The notes under the pieces were generated by a model. That model was not told where the DNA came from and searched no databases. It saw only the letters and a list, made by a program, of their open reading frames with translations. Source: a virus. Taken from it: a DNA stretch of 64,000 bases. Where the stretch lies: IMG/VR virus record IMGVR_UViG_3300027970_000006. One strand, given 5' to 3'. Positions 58,363-64,000 of the stretch are shown here, one piece after another. The position numbers and the translations under genes are program-made. Numbering within the stretch: the first letter of the stretch is position 1; each line of letters opens with the position of its first letter.

Positions 58363-59202
58363 ATGTTAAGTTGGATAGGAGGTAAATCAAAAATTGGCCG
58401 CTGGATTGTCGAATTTTACCCAAAAAATATGGAAATATATACCGAGGGTTTTGGGGGTATGATGTGGTGTTATTTTAATATGGATTTGAAGCAGTTCCCG
58501 AATTTAAAGAGGGTTGTCTATAATGATTTCAATCATCTCAACTATAATTTATTTAAATGTGTTCAGAATCCACATGAATTGTTGAGAGCAATTAACTCTA
58601 TTGAGTGTCAACAACAAGGGGTGGAGAACACACCTATTCATCTCAAAGAACAATTTATTAACTTTCAGGCCGAAATATTTAACAAAGATTTAAGCGTAAC
58701 CGCTTACGATTATGAAACCGCAGCTAAATATGTTTACATCGTCACACAAGTATTTTCAGGGTCCAAACCTGAGACATCATCATATATCGACTTAAAAGGT
58801 AAATACAAATCAAAATATTTAACCTTCAGAGATAAATTGACTAAACCTGATTGGATTGACCATTTTTTAAATATAACTGATGTTGAAAACATGGATTTCG
58901 CTGATGTTATTACTAAATATGATAGTGAAAATACTTTCCATTATATTGACGCCCCCTATTGGAAAACTGAAAATTATTATTCAAATCACGATTTTGATAG
59001 AAAAGATCATGAGCGTTTGGCGAACGTTTTGAAAGAAGTAAATGGTAAGTTTGGTATGTCTTACTATAATTTCCCACTTTTATCTGAATGGTTCCCTGAA
59101 GACCAATATACTTGGGTAAGAAAAGAGTTTGCAAAGGCAGCTTCAGCCAAAAAAGGTGAGAAACAAAACATGGGTGAAGAAATACTTATAATGAATTATT
59201 AA
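58363..59202 (+). CDS. Dam-like (D12 class) DNA adenine methyltransferase
   Basis: Start reassigned to ATG 58363; 'WIGGKSK', 'EGFGG', 'VYNDFN', 'YIDAPY'. Confidence 0.85.
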   Translation: MLSWIGGKSKIGRWIVEFYPKNMEIYTEGFGGMMWCYFNMDLKQFPNLKRVVYNDFNHLNYNLFKCVQNPHELLRAINSIECQQQGVENTPIHLKEQFINFQAEIFNKDLSVTAYDYETAAKYVYIVTQVFSGSKPETSSYIDLKGKYKSKYLTFRDKLTKPDWIDHFLNITDVENMDFADVITKYDSENTFHYIDAPYWKTENYYSNHDFDRKDHERLANVLKEVNGKFGMSYYNFPLLSEWFPEDQYTWVRKEFAKAASAKKGEKQNMGEEILIMNY

Positions 59203-59240
59203 TTTTTTCACATTTACTAATATTTATTTATAAAATTATT

Positions 59241-60623
59241 ATGTCACTAAGATTTACAAACATATTAAGAGATCTAATTGTTGAAAGTTCAAGATTCCAA
59301 GTACTTTTTGACAAATTTGTAAAACCAAAAGAAAAAGGTCAAAAAGGTATTCTACCATTTGAAACATTAGTCGCCCTTATTGCTGCTGACCCAACATCAA
59401 AAATTCCCGATGGAATGGATATTGATAATGTAAAACCACAAGATATGGACCGAGTTAAAATCGGTAAATACGCTCAATGGTTAATTAAAAACTTTATCAC
59501 GCCTAAGTTACCTGCGGACCACCCATTAAATATTGTAGATCCACAATCAGGTCAGTATAAATCAGCTTTAAAACAATTCCAAGATCTTTTCATGGAAGAC
59601 TTATATAAGGTTACAACAAACCTACAAAAGTTCGAAAGATTTAAAAATAGGTTACCACAAGAGTTCAGAGATATTAACAAGTTAAGTATTGAAACTTTAC
59701 AAGATCAAGTTAAAGATTTTAGTTTGGAAAAAACTAAAGCAACTGCCGATGAGAAAAAAGAAGCTTCTGTAACATATGTTCACCCTGGAGCTGACATCGT
59801 TTATAGAGGTCAAGATTGGACTGTTGCTAAAATCTCAGATAAAGGTCCTTTAGGTAAAGAGGCCGCATGTTTTTATGGTGGATCTCATAATGAAGCAAGA
59901 CGAGGGGAAACTAATTGGTGCACATCATCACCAGGATTAACTTGGTTTGATAAATACATTGGTAAAGGACCATTATATGTTGTAATTCCAAACAAACCAA
60001 GATCATTCAAATCTTATGGAAAAGAGACGGGAGAAGTTTCAGGTTTACCGGCAGACAGATACCAATTCCATTTCCCTGATAATCAGTTTATGGATGCTGA
60101 CGACAGACAAATTAATCTTGTTGATTTTTTAAACACAAATGAAGAAGGTCTTAAAACATTCTTCAAACCTGAGTTTATGAAATCATTGGCGGGTGAAAAA
60201 GGTGATAAAGTTGTTATTGACTATCCTGGTGACTCGGCATCTAAATTTGTTGCTCTTTATGGGTTTGATGAGTTATTTGCAACATTACCTGAAAATCTTA
60301 AAAGATTTACATTTAAAAACACTTCAAGAGGAGGAGACAATATAGCTTTGAATATACCAAACGACATTAGTAGATTTAAACAACTACAAGCACTTAACTT
60401 TGTTAATTGTGTTGTTTCACTTCCTGAAGCGATATGTTCTCTACCAAACTTACAATATTTGTCATTGGTTGACAATAAAAATCTTCAAAGACTACCTGAG
60501 TGTATTGGAGACATGCCAAATCTAATGGTATTGAATATGCCAGGAGCTGAAGGTAAGAACATAATCCCTGATTCAATCATAAGAAGATCTGAAGAAGACG
60601 AAGACTTTAACTTATTTACTTAA
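59241..60623 (+). CDS. protein with 'LRDLIVES' leader, WCTS domain and C-terminal leucine-rich repeats
   Basis: 'LPEAICSLPNLQYLSL..N.NLQRLPECIGDMPNLMVLNM' LRRs. Confidence 0.75.
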   Translation: MSLRFTNILRDLIVESSRFQVLFDKFVKPKEKGQKGILPFETLVALIAADPTSKIPDGMDIDNVKPQDMDRVKIGKYAQWLIKNFITPKLPADHPLNIVDPQSGQYKSALKQFQDLFMEDLYKVTTNLQKFERFKNRLPQEFRDINKLSIETLQDQVKDFSLEKTKATADEKKEASVTYVHPGADIVYRGQDWTVAKISDKGPLGKEAACFYGGSHNEARRGETNWCTSSPGLTWFDKYIGKGPLYVVIPNKPRSFKSYGKETGEVSGLPADRYQFHFPDNQFMDADDRQINLVDFLNTNEEGLKTFFKPEFMKSLAGEKGDKVVIDYPGDSASKFVALYGFDELFATLPENLKRFTFKNTSRGGDNIALNIPNDISRFKQLQALNFVNCVVSLPEAICSLPNLQYLSLVDNKNLQRLPECIGDMPNLMVLNMPGAEGKNIIPDSIIRRSEEDEDFNLFT

Positions 60624-60624
60624 A

Positions 60625-60849
60625 ATGAATAAATTAACCGAATCCGAAATTAGAAGAATTACAAGAAAAATTATTTCTGAAAACAGAAAAGAATCTACTT
60701 GGGAAAAAATGAAAAGAAAATTAAAAGGTATTTCTGATGATCAGTTAGTTTATAACATGGAAAATGATTTACCTTGGGATTGGAAAGGATCAAAAGAAGG
60801 GTTTTTTGACAAACACGAACCAAGAAAATATTCAAAAGGATCAAACTAA
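60625..60849 (+). CDS. small protein with 'LTESEIRRITRKIISE' leader
   Basis: ORF. Confidence 0.7.
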   Translation: MNKLTESEIRRITRKIISENRKESTWEKMKRKLKGISDDQLVYNMENDLPWDWKGSKEGFFDKHEPRKYSKGSN

Positions 60850-60855
60850 AATACG

Positions 60856-60880
60856 ACCCTCACTTTAGTGGGGGTTTTTT
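60856..60880 (+). terminator. intrinsic terminator
   Basis: ACCCTCAC-ttta-GTGGGGGT plus T run. Confidence 0.8.
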
Positions 60881-60903
60881 ATTTTATAAAGTATTTATCT
60901 TAT

Positions 60904-61278
60904 ATGAAAATTATCATCACCGAAGATCAGTTAAGATTAATCAACGAAGACTACAAAAGAGATCGTTTCGATGCTGAGTATAGTGATGAATACCCAAAGT
61001 ATAAAAAGTTATTTATTAAGATGTTAAAACAGGATGTTAAGTCTTATGGGGAAGCTCACGGGTCAATATACTTAATGGGTGAAAATGGTAATTTACTATT
61101 TGTGTATAGAAAAGAATCTAAAACCTTATATTATGATTATTCTGTTGATGAGCAGATGGAAGAGGTAATACCATACCATATAGTGTCAAGACACATCAAA
61201 CACGCAGTATACGACTACTTCAAAGGATTATTTCCTGATGTAGAGATAAAAGAAGTGAGTGGGGCAAACATAGGATAA
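60904..61278 (+). CDS. MKIIITE-leader family protein
   Basis: Start reassigned to ATG 60904, after TATTTAT (60892). Confidence 0.75.
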   Translation: MKIIITEDQLRLINEDYKRDRFDAEYSDEYPKYKKLFIKMLKQDVKSYGEAHGSIYLMGENGNLLFVYRKESKTLYYDYSVDEQMEEVIPYHIVSRHIKHAVYDYFKGLFPDVEIKEVSGANIG

Positions 61279-61574
61279 TGAAAATATTAATAACAGAAGA
61301 TCAAATAAAATTATTAAGAAGATTAACCGAAATAGGTCAAACCATTGATGAGGTTATTATTGAACTTAATAATGATATTAAAAAAGGAGGACCAGGTAAT
61401 AAACCTGATAATTTTGGGGTTTATGAGAATTGGCTTATTAATAGAGTTAGAAGGGAGTTTGAGTATAGAAATCCTAAGATAACACCTGATAGATTTGATT
61501 TTTTATTTTTATCTAGTGGTCAGTTTAATGAAAAAATTAGAAATGGTTTTAATAAAGTTAAAAAAAGAAGATGA
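61278..61574 (+). CDS. MKIIITE-leader family protein
   Basis: MKILITEDQIKLL. Confidence 0.75.
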   Translation: MKILITEDQIKLLRRLTEIGQTIDEVIIELNNDIKKGGPGNKPDNFGVYENWLINRVRREFEYRNPKITPDRFDFLFLSSGQFNEKIRNGFNKVKKRR

Positions 61575-61960
61575 AAATAATAATAACAGAACGACAACAA
61601 AAACTTTTAGTTGAATCAAGAAACGAAAAAATAAAAAAGTTTCTAAAGAAAACACTTGGAGTTGATTTTACAAATAGAATTCAACTAATTACATCTAGCT
61701 TTGATGTTCCTAGTGTTTTTATTGGAGATTGTGTTAACACATTTTACATAAATAAGATGTTGAATTTTTGGGGTTCTATGTATCTTTTTGAAATTGATGG
61801 GGTAAAGTTTTTGTATCAAGACAGGGGTGATATTGAATGGTTTATGAATGAAAATTGTAATGATTTTGTTGATGATGAAATTCCTGAAAAACTTGGAATA
61901 AGTATTGCGGGTCTTAAGTTTTCTGATGTGATAAATTCTTTTTTTGAGGAGGAAAATTAA
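61571..61960 (+). CDS. MKIIITE-leader family protein
   Basis: MKIIITERQQKLLVES. Confidence 0.75.
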   Translation: MKIIITERQQKLLVESRNEKIKKFLKKTLGVDFTNRIQLITSSFDVPSVFIGDCVNTFYINKMLNFWGSMYLFEIDGVKFLYQDRGDIEWFMNENCNDFVDDEIPEKLGISIAGLKFSDVINSFFEEEN

Positions 61961-61962
61961 TT

Positions 61963-62550
61963 ATGAAAATACTAATAACAGAAAGACAACAAAATTTAAT
62001 AAAGGAAAACATGACCGAAGAAAATCTTCGCAAGTTTTGTTATAAAATTTGGGACAAACAAAAAAAAATGGGTGAAGAACCTTATCTTGATGATATTATA
62101 TATGAAATTTCTGATATTAAAAAAGAAACTCGTTATGATTATGATATAATTAGACCCATATGGTATGAGTATAATGGTGGTTATGAGGTTCTTGAAAATA
62201 AAATTAAAAACGAAATTGATACCAAAGAATATAAGTTAATTGAACCTGAATTTAATTTAGAAACTAAAATAAAAGTGGTTCATCTTGAAAGAACTGAACA
62301 ATTTATTGGGATAATGGTTGATGTTGATCCTCGTGGAACTATAGATTTTCATGGTTTGGATGAAGAAACTGAGGAAGAATACATGGTGAACGACACAATA
62401 GACGCCGCATACCAAGAAGCATTAAGTAATTATGAAACGGGAGATTTAATGGGTATGATTAGAAGTGTTGTATATGACTTCTTTTATAACTTATTAGAAA
62501 AATATGGAATTCCAATTGATGTGGACATTGACTTAGAAGAAATTTATTAA
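61963..62550 (+). CDS. MKIIITE-leader family protein
   Basis: MKILITERQQNLIKE. Confidence 0.75.
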   Translation: MKILITERQQNLIKENMTEENLRKFCYKIWDKQKKMGEEPYLDDIIYEISDIKKETRYDYDIIRPIWYEYNGGYEVLENKIKNEIDTKEYKLIEPEFNLETKIKVVHLERTEQFIGIMVDVDPRGTIDFHGLDEETEEEYMVNDTIDAAYQEALSNYETGDLMGMIRSVVYDFFYNLLEKYGIPIDVDIDLEEIY

Positions 62551-62563
62551 TACATTTTTAAAC

Positions 62564-62803
62564 ATGGGACCAATCGTTAAAATAATAGATCAATATTTGT
62601 CTAATGAAAAACTTTCAGAAGATACAATTTTAGTTTTAGAAAATCTTAAAAAAGAAATTCAACCCGTAGAAAAAACAATCATCAATAATTCTTACCATCA
62701 CGGATATTCTGATAAAGAAAAGGGTAAAAACCCAAGTTGGAATCATTATTTTTCAAAGTATAATTCTTATTTGGAAAACATTAAATTTGATAAATTAGTT
62801 TAA
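62564..62803 (+). CDS. hypothetical protein
   Basis: ORF. Confidence 0.65.
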   Translation: MGPIVKIIDQYLSNEKLSEDTILVLENLKKEIQPVEKTIINNSYHHGYSDKEKGKNPSWNHYFSKYNSYLENIKFDKLV

Positions 62804-62817
62804 TTTTCGTATCTTTG
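62786..62817 (+). promoter_or_regulatory. Bacteroidota-type promoter TTTG-N20-TATCTTTG
   Basis: Canonical elements and spacing, 4 nt before ATG 62822. Confidence 0.65.
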
Positions 62818-62821
62818 TGAT

Positions 62822-63106
62822 ATGGAAGACTTAAATAAACTTGAATTACCTGAAATTAAATAACTTTGTAAACAATATGAAATTAGTATTGTTGGTGATA
62901 AAAAATCTTTAATTAAAAAACTAAAATATTATTTGGATCCTGTTGTTGGTAGTTTGAACACCCATAGTGGTAGAAAGTTAAATAAAAACCAAAAAATCGT
63001 TGGATGTAAACCCGAAGAGAAGGAAAAAATTAATGAAATTTTAAAGCAAAAAGGACAATTTTTATATTATTCTATTGATTATAACTATTATTTGGTGACA
63101 GAATAA
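62822..63106 (+). pseudogene. SAP-domain-like gene with in-frame TAA at codon 14
   Basis: MEDLNKLELPEIK*LCKQYEISIVGDKKSLIKKL...; the frame is otherwise open for 94 codons. Confidence 0.65.
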
Positions 63107-63136
63107 AACTTGTTGATATTTATAAGAAAAAAAGTT

Positions 63137-63460
63137 ATGAAAAAAAATATTAATGAAGAGCTTAAAAATATTAAATACCTTTTTAATTATAATAGAGGTA
63201 GAGTTATATCAGAACAACAATTGTTTGAAGATGATTATATGGAACTTGATGAAGACGAAGATTTAAATTATTTAAAAAATGATTTAGAAGAAAATGAGAT
63301 AGAAACTCCCGTAAGACCTGGAATTAAAACACCAACCAAACCAAAAAAACCGGGAACACCATATAGTCCTAAACCCGGACCAAAGAAAAACCCTAAAGCT
63401 AAAAAAGGTGATATGCCCGATTGGTTAAGTTTTGATGAACTTGGAATTAATTTTGAATAA
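63137..63460 (+). CDS. protein with 'INEELKNIKYLFNY..ISEQ' leader and Pro/Lys-rich tail
   Basis: Start reassigned to ATG 63137, after TATTTATA (63117). Confidence 0.7.
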   Translation: MKKNINEELKNIKYLFNYNRGRVISEQQLFEDDYMELDEDEDLNYLKNDLEENEIETPVRPGIKTPTKPKKPGTPYSPKPGPKKNPKAKKGDMPDWLSFDELGINFE

Positions 63461-63461
63461 G

Positions 63462-64000
63462 ATGAGAAATATTAAAAGAAGATTATATACGGAAGGAGTT
63501 TCCAAAAAAGAGTTTATAAAACTAATGGAAGCCCCAATTGATTACGAAGGACCTGAAAGAATGGCGGGTGATGTTGAAAGAAAAATTCTATCAAAACAAA
63601 CCCCATATTCAAACTTTCCCGCAATTCCAGAAATGGACCAAGATTTTATTGAACTTATTTCTTCAAAAAGATTTAAAGACTCAGTTGATAAAGTTAGAAT
63701 GGCAATGGGAGACACAAGAACCATTCAAGGAGAAAACGCACTTATGCAACTCATGAGGACCGTTGGACAAGCAATGCAAAGACTTGTTATGATACAATCA
63801 CAACACAAAGAAGTATTGGAAGATTTAGCGGTAGAACTTGTTAAAAACGAATTGGGTATTCCTGATGGGGCAATGCAATTTGATGCTCAACTTGTAATGC
63901 AAGCTATGGGAGCGGCACAAGGAATGCAAAGTGAACCTGAAATGCCAAGTGAAGAGGAGGTTGAAGAACTAATGGGTGATATTGAAACTTTTAACCTTGA
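63462..64000 (+). CDS. hypothetical protein, 3'-truncated by the window end (not in ORF track)
   Basis: MRNIKRRLYTEG...LMEAPIDYEGPERM... open to the end of the window. Confidence 0.75.
   Translation, partial: MRNIKRRLYTEGVSKKEFIKLMEAPIDYEGPERMAGDVERKILSKQTPYSNFPAIPEMDQDFIELISSKRFKDSVDKVRMAMGDTRTIQGENALMQLMRTVGQAMQRLVMIQSQHKEVLEDLAVELVKNELGIPDGAMQFDAQLVMQAMGAAQGMQSEPEMPSEEEVEELMGDIETFNL

Noticed and set aside
1-64000. Stop-codon reassignment, as seen in some large phages
   Set aside because: Long genes are intact in the standard code; TAG (1893, 5665, 12035), TGA and TAA all end genes at tight junctions. The single in-frame TAA at 62861 is isolated.
1-64000. Bacterial chromosome or prophage (recA, dnaB, rpoD, dnaJ present)
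   Set aside because: These genes are interleaved with gp32-, gp25- and gp6-like phage genes; no ribosomal or metabolic operons and no integrase seen.

Overview
AT-rich, gene-dense, mostly + strand segment of a large lytic (jumbo, T4-like myovirus-type) dsDNA phage using the standard genetic code. The host is probably Bacteroidota, inferred from TAnnTTTG promoter elements, absence of Shine-Dalgarno motifs, a Bacteroidota-type RpoD-like sigma, an Hc1-like protein and SprB-repeat proteins. Order of content: end of a large virion gene; replication/recombination core (gp32-like SSB, UvsX/RecA, 5'-3' exonuclease, DnaB/gp41 helicase, class II RNR); ~24 kb baseplate/tail/adhesin module (gp25, gp6/J, gpI-like, SprB-repeat and Pro/Thr-rich proteins, putative protein O-glycosyltransferase); RuvC, primase, PD-(D/E)XK nuclease; Mre11/Rad50-like pair; sigma factor; candidate lysis genes; DnaJ; HNH and LAGLIDADG endonucleases; Dam-like methylase; and a run of small proteins sharing an N-terminal 'MKIIITE.Q..LI.E' leader. 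Main unannotated signals: (1) a 1,007-bp solo integron-like cassette (attC-like hairpin plus DNA methyltransferase, AAC/GTT crossover core) whose precise excision restores an intact 30-codon phage ORF; (2) two divergent copies of a pseudoknot-containing small RNA with covarying stems (47.2 kb + strand, 57.3 kb - strand); (3) three promoter classes, including a TATTTAT(A) candidate late motif. All protein calls are from motif recognition by eye, not database searches.
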